A DNA stretch of 64,000 nucleotides, taken from the NCBI GenBank assembly GCA_035938215.1, contig DASZHC010000054.1:830-64829 (forward strand). The letters run 5' to 3'. The position numbers and the translations under genes are program-made. The notes beneath the pieces were generated by a model. That model was not told the DNA's origin. It ran no database searches and worked only from the letters and a program-made list of their open reading frames with translations. Below, one piece after another: positions 20,526-30,193 of the stretch. Origin of the DNA: Chthoniobacterales bacterium (GTDB taxonomy: Bacteria > Verrucomicrobiota > Verrucomicrobiia > Chthoniobacterales > JAFAMB01). Positions within the stretch are counted from its first letter, which is position 1. The number at the start of each line of letters is the position of its first letter.

Positions 20526-21275
20526 TTATTGGGGGGGCGGGGCACTCCCGAAAGTGGCTGCATAGACAAGCGCGCCGATCACACCGCCGATGATTGGGCC
20601 AACAACTGGGATCCAGCCGTAGCTAAAATCGGAGTCACGTTTGCCCGGAATTGGCAGTATAGCGTGGGCAATGCGAGGCCCAAGGTCACGCGCAGGATTG
20701 ATTGCATAGCCGGTTGGACCGCCTAGCGACATGCCGATTGCCCACACCAGAACCGCGACAACCCATGGTCCGATCGCACTTCCGAAACCCTCCGGCGTCT
20801 TTGGGCCGGAGAAATAGGTCATCGAAAGAACGCCGAAAACCAGAGTGAAGGTTCCGATGATCTCTGTTACCACGTTTGCCGCGTAATCACGAATAGCCGG
20901 ACCTGTGCAGAAAACGGCCAGTTTCAGGTCGGCGTTTTCCGTTGCCTCAAAATGTCTCCTGTAAGCGATCCAGACAATGACACCGCCCAGGAAGGCGCCG
21001 ATCATTTGAGCGATAATGTATGGCACCACGTTTGCCCAAGGGAATTTGCCGATGACCGCCAGGCTAATCGTTACAGCCGGGTTAATGTGAGCGCCGCTGA
21101 TCGGCCCGGACGCGTACACGCCCACGGCGACCGCCATGGCCCAGCCGGTGGTTATCACAATCCAGCCGGAGTTTTGTCCCTTTGTCTTACTTAAAACGAC
21201 GTTAGCAACAACGCCGTCTCCGAAAATTATGAGCAACATCGTGCCGATGAGCTCGCCGATGAATGGATTATTCAT
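20526..21275 (-). CDS. glpF: MIP-family glycerol uptake facilitator
   Basis: 249 aa. Two NPA boxes (HINPAVT, AINPARD). Confidence 0.9.
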   Translation of the reverse strand: MNNPFIGELIGTMLLIIFGDGVVANVVLSKTKGQNSGWIVITTGWAMAVAVGVYASGPISGAHINPAVTISLAVIGKFPWANVVPYIIAQMIGAFLGGVIVWIAYRRHFEATENADLKLAVFCTGPAIRDYAANVVTEIIGTFTLVFGVLSMTYFSGPKTPEGFGSAIGPWVVAVLVWAIGMSLGGPTGYAINPARDLGPRIAHAILPIPGKRDSDFSYGWIPVVGPIIGGVIGALVYAATFGSAPPPQ

Positions 21276-21393
21276 GAGTTACGTTTGATGGGGGGTAACC
21301 GACAACAGCATTTACGCTAGCATGTCCTACGAACAAATGTTTGTAAGAATGTAGTGTCTTCTAGAATCCAACCCGTGCGGAGGCAAGAAAAAT

Positions 21394-22100
21394 TTGTTAA
21401 AAGAGCGTTGGCTTTTGCTAAGCCCGGGAGCTGGTCGGGGTCGATTTGGTGCATTGAAAGAGGATCGCGCCAATGTCAGTCCAGATGAACATCTGCTAAT
21501 TCTATTGGCTGTAGAAAGAGGATTTACGAGTGCGAAGAACGGTGGGAGCAAATGGCAATCAGTATTAGAAATTGTCAACGGCGATCAAGCGCAACGATTG
21601 ACTTGTGGCAATTAATGGCCAACCCATCTGTTGGGATTCTGCGATTTCCGCTCTCATGGATCGGAGTTGGGGCTTTCGATGGAGTGCTGATCCAAATTAC
21701 GCTCTATTTTCTGTAATCCTTATAGACATCTGGATCTATACCCCATTTGTCGTCATCCTGGCGCTCGCCGGTCTGCGTTCCTTGCCGAAATCTCCGTACG
21801 AAGCTGCGCTGATTGATGCGGTTCGGCGTGGTTCGTTTTTCGTAACCTGACGCTGCCGATGCTAGCCCCGGTTTTGTTAATCGCGTTGATTTTCCGGTTG
21901 ATGACTTCCCGCAGGAATTCGCAATTATCTTTGCTTCAACACGCGGCGGTCCAGGAGACCTTACATTAAATGTTGCGATCGCGGCTTATAACCAGGCATT
22001 TCCTTTTTGTAATCTGGCCGGATCGATCCCCATGCTTCTTTTCCTCTGGGCGTTTATTTACGCCGTTTGTTTCATTCTGATCGGCTACTGGAGGAAGGCT
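21394..22100 (+). pseudogene. decayed MalF/UgpA-type ABC sugar permease (several frameshifts)
   Basis: Permease-like segments in three frames: ...DIWIYTPFVVILALAGLRSLPKSPYEAALID..., then LTLPMLAPVLLIALIF, then ...TRGGPGDLTLNVAIAAYNQAF...LLFLWAFIYAVCFILIGYWRK. Confidence 0.55.
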
Positions 22101-22313
22101 CAAATCCGAACCGTTGCCTCTTGCGCGGCGCCAAGGTTCCCTGCCAGAGGTGGTCGACATGTTTGTGGGATTTGCCTCCAGAACGATCAAAAAAAACGAG
22201 CAAAACCTCGCAGAGTGAGCGAAACTAATATTCAATTGGTTTCTTTCAGCGGCCGCCCGTCCGCAGCGTTGTTGGCCCCCCAAAAAAAATCTAACCTTGA
22301 GAGGCTTCACCCG

Positions 22314-23417
22314 ATGGCTTACTTGGAACTGACTAAGATCGAGAAACATTACGACTCGTTTCACGCTCTGAAGAGCATCGATCTTCAGGTTGAAAGAGAG
22401 GAATTCGTCGTCTTTGTCGGACCATCGGGATGCGGAAAGAGTACCCTTCTTCGCTCCATCTGCGGTCTCGAAACGGTCAGTAGCGGCAGAATCGTGCTCG
22501 ATGGCCAGGACATCACCGATATCCATCCATCGAAGCGAAACTTGGCTATGGTGTTCCAAAACTACGCGTTGTTCCCGCACTTAAGCGTCTTTGATAACAT
22601 TGCCTTTGGGCTGCAGTTGCACGGTGTTTCGAAAGACGATATCCGAAAGCGCGTTGAGCGTGCTGCGGCGCTCTTGCACCTGGAGAAAATGCTGGACCGC
22701 AAACCCAAGCAGCTCTCAGGGGGTCAGCGTCAACGGGTCGCCATCGGGCGCTGTATTGTGAAGGCACCAAAATTATTCCTTTTCGATGAGCCGCTTTCCA
22801 ACCTGGATGCCAAGCTTCGAGTACGGATGCGAGTAGAGCTGCTCAACCTGCACTATGAAACTCGTAACACGGTGGTCTACGTTACTCACGACCAAGTGGA
22901 AGCAATGACCATGGCGGATAAAATAGTGGTCTTGCAGGACGGTCGCATCGAACAGTTCGGAAGGCCGATGCTCCTGTACGAACATCCAGTGAACAAGTTT
23001 GTGGCTGGTTTCATTGGATCGCCGCAGATGAACTTTCTCGCCGGCAAGGCCGGTGCTTCGAACCCGAAAGGGATTTCCTGCGCAGTTGACGGGATTGGTA
23101 CGCTTACACTGCCACTGCAGGCGGATGGTTGGAAACTAAACGAATCGATAACGGTCGGCGTGCGACCCGAACATATCGAGCTGGAAGACGGAGTATCGTG
23201 CACTTCGGTTAAGGGAATCGTGAACATTGTAGAGAATCTCGGCGGCGAGACTTACCTGCATGTCGAAATCGCTCCCGGAGCACCACTAATCATGGTCAAG
23301 CTGCACGGTTCACACGGTCCGAACCGTGGAGAACGCGTTACACTCTATCTGCCCGCGGACAGGATTTACCTTTTTGGCGATGAGGGGAACGCTATCCCGG
23401 CGAAGCCGCTAAAATAG
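22314..23417 (+). CDS. ABC sugar-transporter ATP-binding protein (UgpC/MalK/MsmX type)
   Basis: Start at MAYLELTKIEKHY (ATG 22314). GPSGCGKST, LSGGQRQRV, LFLFDEPLS. The upstream part of ORF 22032.. is the permease remnant. Confidence 0.9.
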   Translation: MAYLELTKIEKHYDSFHALKSIDLQVEREEFVVFVGPSGCGKSTLLRSICGLETVSSGRIVLDGQDITDIHPSKRNLAMVFQNYALFPHLSVFDNIAFGLQLHGVSKDDIRKRVERAAALLHLEKMLDRKPKQLSGGQRQRVAIGRCIVKAPKLFLFDEPLSNLDAKLRVRMRVELLNLHYETRNTVVYVTHDQVEAMTMADKIVVLQDGRIEQFGRPMLLYEHPVNKFVAGFIGSPQMNFLAGKAGASNPKGISCAVDGIGTLTLPLQADGWKLNESITVGVRPEHIELEDGVSCTSVKGIVNIVENLGGETYLHVEIAPGAPLIMVKLHGSHGPNRGERVTLYLPADRIYLFGDEGNAIPAKPLK

Positions 23418-23523
23418 GGCTTCGGGGCATACTCGTCGTAACGAACTTCGGTCGTTAGAGAGTCCCATCCATGAACAGCGGTGGCTGACATCCTGCAAAT
23501 CTCTCCCCAAATTTACATGGTTT

Positions 23524-25038
23524 ATGGCTACGATCTGCGTTGATGTCGGTACCTCGGTCATCAAGACGGTCGCTTTCAACGACCGCGGCACCGAGATCGC
23601 CCTTGCCCGCCAGGAAACGGAAGTGCTGCGTCCCGCACCCGGCTTTTCCGAGCAAGACATGTATTCTGTGTGGGACGCGGCAGCCTTCACGGTCCGCACT
23701 GTTGTAAGCCAACTGTCCGATCCGGTACGCCTTATCTCGCTGACGGCTCAGGGGGATGGTTGCTGGCTGGTGGATGCCGACGGTCACCCTACCGGCCCTG
23801 CAATCCTGTGGAACGACGCGCGGTCCGCCACGATTGTTGATCGCTGGCGAGGGGCAGGCGTATTGAAGGAAGCCTTTCGCTGCAACGGCTCGCAGGCCTT
23901 CGCCGGCCTTCCCAACGCCCTCTTCACCTGGCTCAAGCAACATGATCCCGATCGCATGGAGCGTTCTTACAAGTCGCTCTGCTGCAACGGCTGGATTTTC
24001 TACAATCTGACCGGCCGGATGGCCATCGATGAGTCAGACGCATCCGTGCCATTTTTCGACGTGCGCGAGCGGCGCTATTCCCGCGAACTCCTTCAACTCT
24101 ACGACCTGGAGTGGGCCGAGCGGTTGTTGCCGGATGTACTTGCCAATGACCAGCGCATCGGCGAGCTGCGTTCGGCGGCGGCTGCCGAATTGGGTCTGCC
24201 GGCAGGGCTGCCTGTGGTCATGTCGCCTTATGATGTTGCCTCAACGGCCATCGGTGTCGGCGCGGTCAGCGACGGGCAGGCGTGCAGCATTCTCGGTACG
24301 ACGCTTTGTACTGAGCTTGTTATGGACCACGTCAACCTGGAAGGGGAACCGTCCGGGTTGACTATCCCATTCGGTCCGCCGGGGCTGTACCTGCGCGCCT
24401 TCCCAACCCTGGCCGGGGGCGAGGTTATCCATTGGGCGGTAAGACAGCTTGGTCTCAGCGAGCCATCGGACCTTAGTCAACTGGCTTCCAAAGTCGCGCC
24501 GGGTGCGGGCGGCCTTTGCCTTCTGCCGTACTTTTCTCCCGCCGGCGAGCGCGTACCGTTCCTGAACACTGGCGCCCGCGGCTCGCTTTTCGGGTTGTCG
24601 TTCGAACACGGCCGGGAGCATATCGCCCGAGCGGTGCTCGAAGGATTGTCTCTGGTCATCCGCGATTGTTTGCAGGCATCGCAAGAGGTGCCCTTTCCCC
24701 TACACGTTTGCGGCCTGTGCGGTGGTGGTGCGAAGAGCGAAGTATGGTGTCAACTGATTGCTGACGTCACAGGCACGCCAACCTTTCGCACCGTGGACCA
24801 GGAAGTCGGTGCGAAGGGGGCTTTCATTGCGGGATTGGTCGCCGTGGGCAAAGAGGCGGATTTTTCCAGCGCAACCAAGGATTATCTGCAAATCCGGGAC
24901 ATGTTCGAGCCGCACAAAGAATCGCACGCCCGTTACGATGAGTTGTTCGAGCAATTCCTCGCCATCCGCGAGAACACGTTGCCCATCTGGAAACAGATGG
25001 CGGATGGCGGCGCTCGATTGAGTCCGGCGGCAGCCTGA
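23524..25038 (+). CDS. FGGY-family carbohydrate kinase (substrate unknown)
   Basis: 504 aa. ICVDVGTSVIKTVAF N-terminus, C-terminal GGGAKSEVWCQLIADV. Confidence 0.85.
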   Translation: MATICVDVGTSVIKTVAFNDRGTEIALARQETEVLRPAPGFSEQDMYSVWDAAAFTVRTVVSQLSDPVRLISLTAQGDGCWLVDADGHPTGPAILWNDARSATIVDRWRGAGVLKEAFRCNGSQAFAGLPNALFTWLKQHDPDRMERSYKSLCCNGWIFYNLTGRMAIDESDASVPFFDVRERRYSRELLQLYDLEWAERLLPDVLANDQRIGELRSAAAAELGLPAGLPVVMSPYDVASTAIGVGAVSDGQACSILGTTLCTELVMDHVNLEGEPSGLTIPFGPPGLYLRAFPTLAGGEVIHWAVRQLGLSEPSDLSQLASKVAPGAGGLCLLPYFSPAGERVPFLNTGARGSLFGLSFEHGREHIARAVLEGLSLVIRDCLQASQEVPFPLHVCGLCGGGAKSEVWCQLIADVTGTPTFRTVDQEVGAKGAFIAGLVAVGKEADFSSATKDYLQIRDMFEPHKESHARYDELFEQFLAIRENTLPIWKQMADGGARLSPAAA

Positions 25039-25061
25039 TTTACTTGCAAGGCCCTTTCTTT

Positions 25062-26552
25062 ATGGCATTAAAGCAATCCTCGGACGCTGCCTGGCTCGGA
25101 CTGGATCTCGGCACTCAAAGTGTGCGCGCCATGGTTGTTTCCGGTACCGGCGAGACCTTGGCCGCCGGTTCGCACAAACTGACCAGCCGCCGCAACGGAC
25201 CCCGGCACGAACAGGACCCCGAGGAATGGTGGCGCGCCATCTCAGCCGCTTCCCGAGTGGCTCTTGCTGCGCTGCCTGCCGGCTTGACCATCTATGGTGT
25301 CGCAGTGGATGGCACGTCGGGCACGATCCTGCTTGTTGATGGCGGCGGCCGGCCGTTGACGCCGGGGTTGATGTACGATGACACCCGGGCGTTTGAGGAA
25401 ACCAAACGCGCCAACGAGGCCGGCGCGGCGGTTTGGGCCACGCTGGGCTACAACCGGATGCAGGCGCCTTGGGGTTTGCCGAAATTGCTCTGGCTGTTGG
25501 GTCAACATCGTGGCTTGGCCGCCGGGACGCGCCTGGCGCACCAGACCGATTTTATCAACCGTCGGCTAGTCGGCAGCGAGGTCGCCACGGACACGAGCAA
25601 CGCGCTGAAAACCGGCGTGGACCTGATCAACGAACGCTGGCCGCGCGAGGTGTTCGCCGCGCTTGGAGTGCCCGGCGAAATTCTGCCAGCCGTGGTGCGT
25701 GCCGGGACCGCTCTAGGGGTGGTGAGCGCGGAGGCGGCTACGCAGACGGGCATCCCGCAAGGCACGCCGGTCATCGCAGGCATGACGGACGGTTGTGCGG
25801 CACAGATGGGTGCGGGGGCATTGAGCGTCGGAAGCTGGAACTCCGTGCTGGGCACCACGCTCGTCCTCAAAGGGGTGACGCCCGATCTGATCAAGGACCC
25901 GGCTGGGGTCGTGTATTCACACCGTTCGCCCGATGGCAACTGGCTACCCGGCGGCGCTTCGAGCGCTGGCGCGGGAGTGATCTCCAAGCGTTTCCCCGAG
26001 CGCGATCTGGAAGCGCTCGGGACACAGGCTGCCGAGAGGGAGCCGGCAAGCGTGGTCACCTACCCTCTGCACGGACGCGGTGAACGTTTCCCCTTCATCG
26101 CGCCGGAAGCGGAGGGTTTTACCCTGGGCCGACCCGCCGACGAGATCGACCAGTATGCCGCGCTGCTCCAAGGCGTGGCGTTCATCGAGCGTCTCTGTTT
26201 TGACTACCTGGACATGCTCGGCGCGCCGGTCGGCGGCCCATTCGTGCTCACCGGCGGCGGGGCGAAGAGCCGGTACTGGTGCCAGTTGCGGGCGGACGTG
26301 CTCGGCAGCCCGGTTACCCTGCCGGAGAACGCCGAGGCGGCTTTAGGCATGGCGGTTCTGGCGGCGGCGGCCGGGCGCAAGGTGGCTGACGTTGCCCGCG
26401 CGATGGTGCGCATTCGCGAGGTGATCGACCCGCGCCCGGACCACGCCGGACGCTTCCGCGAGTCGTACCTGCGGCTGGTCGATGAACTCGCCCGTCGGGG
26501 CTGGGAGACGCCAGCCGTCGCGCAACACGCCCACCGGAGGGCCGCCGTGTGA
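25062..26552 (+). CDS. FGGY-family carbohydrate kinase (second, divergent; substrate unknown)
   Basis: LGLDLGTQSVRAMVV N-terminus, TGGGAKSRYWCQLRADV. ATG at 25062 preferred over the TTG at 25044. Confidence 0.85.
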   Translation: MALKQSSDAAWLGLDLGTQSVRAMVVSGTGETLAAGSHKLTSRRNGPRHEQDPEEWWRAISAASRVALAALPAGLTIYGVAVDGTSGTILLVDGGGRPLTPGLMYDDTRAFEETKRANEAGAAVWATLGYNRMQAPWGLPKLLWLLGQHRGLAAGTRLAHQTDFINRRLVGSEVATDTSNALKTGVDLINERWPREVFAALGVPGEILPAVVRAGTALGVVSAEAATQTGIPQGTPVIAGMTDGCAAQMGAGALSVGSWNSVLGTTLVLKGVTPDLIKDPAGVVYSHRSPDGNWLPGGASSAGAGVISKRFPERDLEALGTQAAEREPASVVTYPLHGRGERFPFIAPEAEGFTLGRPADEIDQYAALLQGVAFIERLCFDYLDMLGAPVGGPFVLTGGGAKSRYWCQLRADVLGSPVTLPENAEAALGMAVLAAAAGRKVADVARAMVRIREVIDPRPDHAGRFRESYLRLVDELARRGWETPAVAQHAHRRAAV

Positions 26553-27175
26553 CACACCTCTTCCTCGTTCGCCACGGGGCGACCGTCTGGCACGCTGAGA
26601 ACCGCTATGCCGGCACTTCCGACGTGGCATTGGACCCGGGTGGCTATGCGCAGGCCGAGCGACTTGCCGCATGGGCATCCGAGGCCGGGCTGGCGGCGAT
26701 CTGGTGCTCTCCGCTGAATCGCTCACGCGAAACGGCTGCCCCGGCCGCGCGCGCGGCGGGCCTTGAGCCGCGGATTGACGAACGCCTGCGCGAGATCGAC
26801 TTCGGCCAGATCGAGGGCAAGACCATGGCCGAGGCGGAGCAGCTTTTTCCCGAGGAAATCCGGCGCTTCAAAACCGATCCCGCGACTTATCCGATGCCCG
26901 GCGGCGAAGACCCGCATAAGGCTGCTTGCCGCGGGGTGTCAGCTCTGCGCGACATCGCCGCCGCGCACCCGCACGGGCGCGTGCTGGTCGTCGCGCATAA
27001 CACGCTCATCCGCCTGGCGCTCTGCTCCCTGTTTAGTATTCCGCTGGCGCGTTACCGGACGGTTTTTCCGGGTGTCCGCAATGGTGCGCTGACCGAAATC
27101 GGATTTGAGGATGAAAACGCCGCTCTCCTGCAATACAACTCTCCGCTGGGCACGGCCGGCGGACCACAGACCTAA
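26549..27175 (+). CDS. histidine phosphatase (phosphoglycerate-mutase-like) family protein
   Basis: 208 aa. LVRHGATVWH catalytic RHG motif. GTG start overlaps the upstream stop (GTGA). Confidence 0.85.
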   Translation: MTHLFLVRHGATVWHAENRYAGTSDVALDPGGYAQAERLAAWASEAGLAAIWCSPLNRSRETAAPAARAAGLEPRIDERLREIDFGQIEGKTMAEAEQLFPEEIRRFKTDPATYPMPGGEDPHKAACRGVSALRDIAAAHPHGRVLVVAHNTLIRLALCSLFSIPLARYRTVFPGVRNGALTEIGFEDENAALLQYNSPLGTAGGPQT

Positions 27176-27192
27176 CCTCCCAAACAAACATA

Positions 27193-28242
27193 ATGAACAC
27201 ACGCATCCTTGTCGCCGGCGATCACTTCATCCTGCCTTCCATCTTTGCCGACGCGATTCGCGCCGAAGTGAAGACCGCCATTGAGTTCCGCGAGTATCAA
27301 TCCCCTTGGCCGGGCGTGCCGTTTGGCGAGATCGGTGAGGTCACGGAAGCGTCTGGCTCGGAGGACGAGGTCATCCAGGCTCTTCAAGGGGTGAGCATCT
27401 ATGTGGCAAACCATGCTCCTCTCACGAAGAAAGTTCTCGAAGGCGCGCCCGACCTGAAACTTGCCGTCATTGCTCGCGGAGGTCCGACCAACGCTAACGT
27501 CAAGGCTGCTACCCAGCACGGCGTGCTCGTCTGCAACGCCCCCGGCCGCAACGCCACGGCCACCGCCGAGCACACCATGAGCCTGATCCTCGCGGTTCTG
27601 CGCCGCATTCCCGAAACGCATGCTGCGCTCGCGCTAGGCGAATGGCGCGGCGATTACTACGAATACGACAAGTGCGGGCTGGAGCTGGAAGATTCCACCG
27701 CCGGGTTGATCGGCTACGGCGCGATCGGCACCCGCGTGGCCCGGATGCTCCGCGGCTTCGGGTGTCACGTGCTCGTCTACGATCCCTATGTGAAGCCTGA
27801 GACCTTGGGAGACCTGGCGCAAAATGTCGAACTTAACGAACTGCTCTCCCGCTCACGCATCGTTTCCTTGCACGCGCGGGCCACAACCGAAACCCAGGGC
27901 ATGATCGGCGCGAAACAGCTCGCCGTGATGTCTGCCGGGTCGGTGCTTATCAACTGCGCGCGCGGCACGCTCGTCGATTACAACGCAGTTTGCGACGCGC
28001 TCGACAACGGCCACCTCTGGGGTGCCGGCTTCGACGTGTTTCCCGAAGAGCCGATCCCGGCGGACTCGCGCCTGCTGACAACTCCGCACATCGTGATGAC
28101 GCCTCACGTTGCGGGTGCCAGCAAGCAGACCGCCGAGAGAGCCGCGCAGATCGCCGCCGGTGAGGTTCGCCGCTTCCTTCACGGTGAACCGCTCGAACAC
28201 TGCATCAACCCGGAAGCCGCCGCCGGCAAATCTGCCCGGTAA
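27193..28242 (+). CDS. D-isomer-specific 2-hydroxyacid dehydrogenase (PGDH-like), NAD-binding
   Basis: 349 aa. GLIGYGAIGTRVARML Rossmann motif. NCARG...D and TPHVAG patterns. Confidence 0.85.
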   Translation: MNTRILVAGDHFILPSIFADAIRAEVKTAIEFREYQSPWPGVPFGEIGEVTEASGSEDEVIQALQGVSIYVANHAPLTKKVLEGAPDLKLAVIARGGPTNANVKAATQHGVLVCNAPGRNATATAEHTMSLILAVLRRIPETHAALALGEWRGDYYEYDKCGLELEDSTAGLIGYGAIGTRVARMLRGFGCHVLVYDPYVKPETLGDLAQNVELNELLSRSRIVSLHARATTETQGMIGAKQLAVMSAGSVLINCARGTLVDYNAVCDALDNGHLWGAGFDVFPEEPIPADSRLLTTPHIVMTPHVAGASKQTAERAAQIAAGEVRRFLHGEPLEHCINPEAAAGKSAR

Positions 28243-28275
28243 GCACCCGTTCTTCAGCAGATCATTATCCTTCCG

Positions 28276-29121
28276 CTACTTAATCGCTCCGGCCGTGAGA
28301 CCGCGGACCAGTTGACGCGAGACGATCATGCTAAATATGATCACCGGCATGGCCACCAAGGTGCCCGTGGCCATAATCTGGCCCCAAGGCAGTTCATAGC
28401 CGCTCATGAAGCTTGTGGCGACGACCGGCGCGGTCTTGGCCTCGGTTCTTGTCAGTATCAGGGCGTAGAGCAACTCGTTCCAGGAGAAGATAAAACTGAA
28501 GATTGCCGAGACAGCGAGTGCGGGTGTGGCCAGCGGCAGCGCAATCTTTAAAAATATCGCAAACGAGTTGTAGCCTTCGAGTGTCGCTGCCTCGTCCAAC
28601 TCTTTTGGAATATTGCGGAACTGGTCAGCACAGATCCAGACCACGATTGGCACGTTGAACGTGAGGTAAATGAGGATAAGTGCCCACGTCGTATCCAGGA
28701 GTCTGAAGTTGCGGGCGATGAGAAAAAACGGGAGCGCCACAACGATCGGACTGAGCATTCGGTTCGAGATAAACCAAAACCAGATGTCCCGCTTCCCTTT
28801 AAACTCGAACCGGGCAATCGCGTAGGCGGCCGGCGTTCCGAGCACCAGCGAAATCAGGACTGTCACCAAAGCGACAAACAACGAGTTCTGCAGGCTCTTT
28901 AGAATGTCGAACTTGCTAAAGGCGTTCACATAGTTTTCCAACGTCGGTTGGAAAAGGAATTGAGGGGTCGATGCGAGGATCGCCGGTTGCTGCTTGAAGG
29001 ACGCCGTGACCATCCAGTAAAACGGGAAAACGCAAACCAATATTACCAAAAGCAGGGCCACGAAGTGGAGTATGTCGTCAAGTTGCAGGCCCTTTCTTCG
29101 CCTAGATTCGCTTGTTTTCAT
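28276..29121 (-). CDS. ABC sugar-transporter permease (UgpE/MalG type)
   Basis: 281 aa, multi-TM. EAA-loop region DEAATLEGYNSFAIFLKIALP. Confidence 0.85.
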   Translation of the reverse strand: MKTSESRRRKGLQLDDILHFVALLLVILVCVFPFYWMVTASFKQQPAILASTPQFLFQPTLENYVNAFSKFDILKSLQNSLFVALVTVLISLVLGTPAAYAIARFEFKGKRDIWFWFISNRMLSPIVVALPFFLIARNFRLLDTTWALILIYLTFNVPIVVWICADQFRNIPKELDEAATLEGYNSFAIFLKIALPLATPALAVSAIFSFIFSWNELLYALILTRTEAKTAPVVATSFMSGYELPWGQIMATGTLVAMPVIIFSMIVSRQLVRGLTAGAIK

Positions 29122-29126
29122 GGTCT

Positions 29127-30050
29127 TCAGATCTCCTTGTAAACGTACTTCACATAAAGGCGGGATAGAATGGTAGCAATGATCAACAACACCACAGCCT
29201 GTGCCGAAGCCATCCCCTGGTCGAAAACGCGGAAGCCGATACGTTGTATATACACGCTTATGAGTTCAGTAGCCGAACCGGGTCCCCCGCGAGTCATCGT
29301 ATAAACGACGTCAAACAGCTTAAGAATATCCGCAGTTCGTAGAATCAGGATTACGGTTATGCCGGGCAGCATGAACGGGAGTTGTACCTTCCAGAGTATA
29401 TGCCACCATTTTTCCGTTTCGAGGCGAGCCGCTTCTTCAATTTCGAGCGGGACCATCGTCAGGCTCGAAAACAAGATCAGGGCGCAGAACGGGGTCCATT
29501 GCCAGTCTTCCATTATCGAGATGGAAACGAAGGCGAGGTCCGGATCAGCCAGCCAATCAAGCTTATGCGCAAAAATCAGGCTCCAGAAATAGTTTAACAC
29601 CCCAAAGTCCAGATTGAACATGAGCCGGCCCGACAGCCCTACGACAGCGAAGGTGGTGGCCAGAGGAATGACCAGCGCAACTCGACCTATCTTCTTCAAG
29701 AGCTCATTTCCGGGTCTATGCAAAAGCAACGCAATCGCCAGCCCGAGCGCCAACTGAATCGGCAAGTTGACAACGAGGAAAAGCAAGGTTCGACCGAGCG
29801 CTTCCCGGAAGGATTGGTCCGTGAGAAGCGCCAGGTAGTTTCCGAACCAGTTAAAAGGCGCGTCGAAGAGCGGCCAGATCCCCAAAAAACTCCCCTGCGA
29901 ATGGACTTTCGGCAAGATAAACTGGTGCAATGAGTTCCAGACCGCAAAGAGCAGAGGAAAAATCCCCACGAAGAACAATACAATCACCGCCGGGGCAAGG
30001 AAGTACCAGGCCCCGGGAGAGTAGGTTTTCTTTCCTGTATTCGCTTTCAT
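29127..30050 (-). CDS. ABC sugar-transporter permease (UgpA/MalF type)
   Basis: 307 aa, multi-TM. EEAARLETEKWWHILWKVQLP EAA loop. Confidence 0.85.
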   Translation of the reverse strand: MKANTGKKTYSPGAWYFLAPAVIVLFFVGIFPLLFAVWNSLHQFILPKVHSQGSFLGIWPLFDAPFNWFGNYLALLTDQSFREALGRTLLFLVVNLPIQLALGLAIALLLHRPGNELLKKIGRVALVIPLATTFAVVGLSGRLMFNLDFGVLNYFWSLIFAHKLDWLADPDLAFVSISIMEDWQWTPFCALILFSSLTMVPLEIEEAARLETEKWWHILWKVQLPFMLPGITVILILRTADILKLFDVVYTMTRGGPGSATELISVYIQRIGFRVFDQGMASAQAVVLLIIATILSRLYVKYVYKEI

Positions 30051-30193
30051 CCTCGGCGTTGATCTTTGTAGCGTAGCCGGTGAAATCCGACATATGCGGA
30101 GGGAGGCTCGCGAAGCGGCCCGGTTTGGCCCCGCTCACGCGGGGCCACCGTTGAACAGAAAGTTCGGCGCTAGACCGTCGGCGCTCTCGCGTC

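Noticed and set aside
22032-22313. 94-codon N-terminal extension of the ABC ATPase ORF
   Set aside because: The extension contains the hydrophobic C-terminal tail of the decayed permease (LLFLWAFIYAVCFILIGYWRK). ATPase homology begins at MAYLELTKIEKHY (22314).
25242-27621. Many long overlapping ORFs on both strands (e.g. 25433..26083 plus, 25502..26059 minus, 26204..26593 minus, 26343..26726 minus, 27172..27621 minus)
   Set aside because: They lie in the GC-rich cassette, where stop codons are rare in all frames. Their products are Arg/Ala/Pro/Gly-rich without motifs. The plus-strand FGGY kinase, phosphatase and dehydrogenase frames explain the region.
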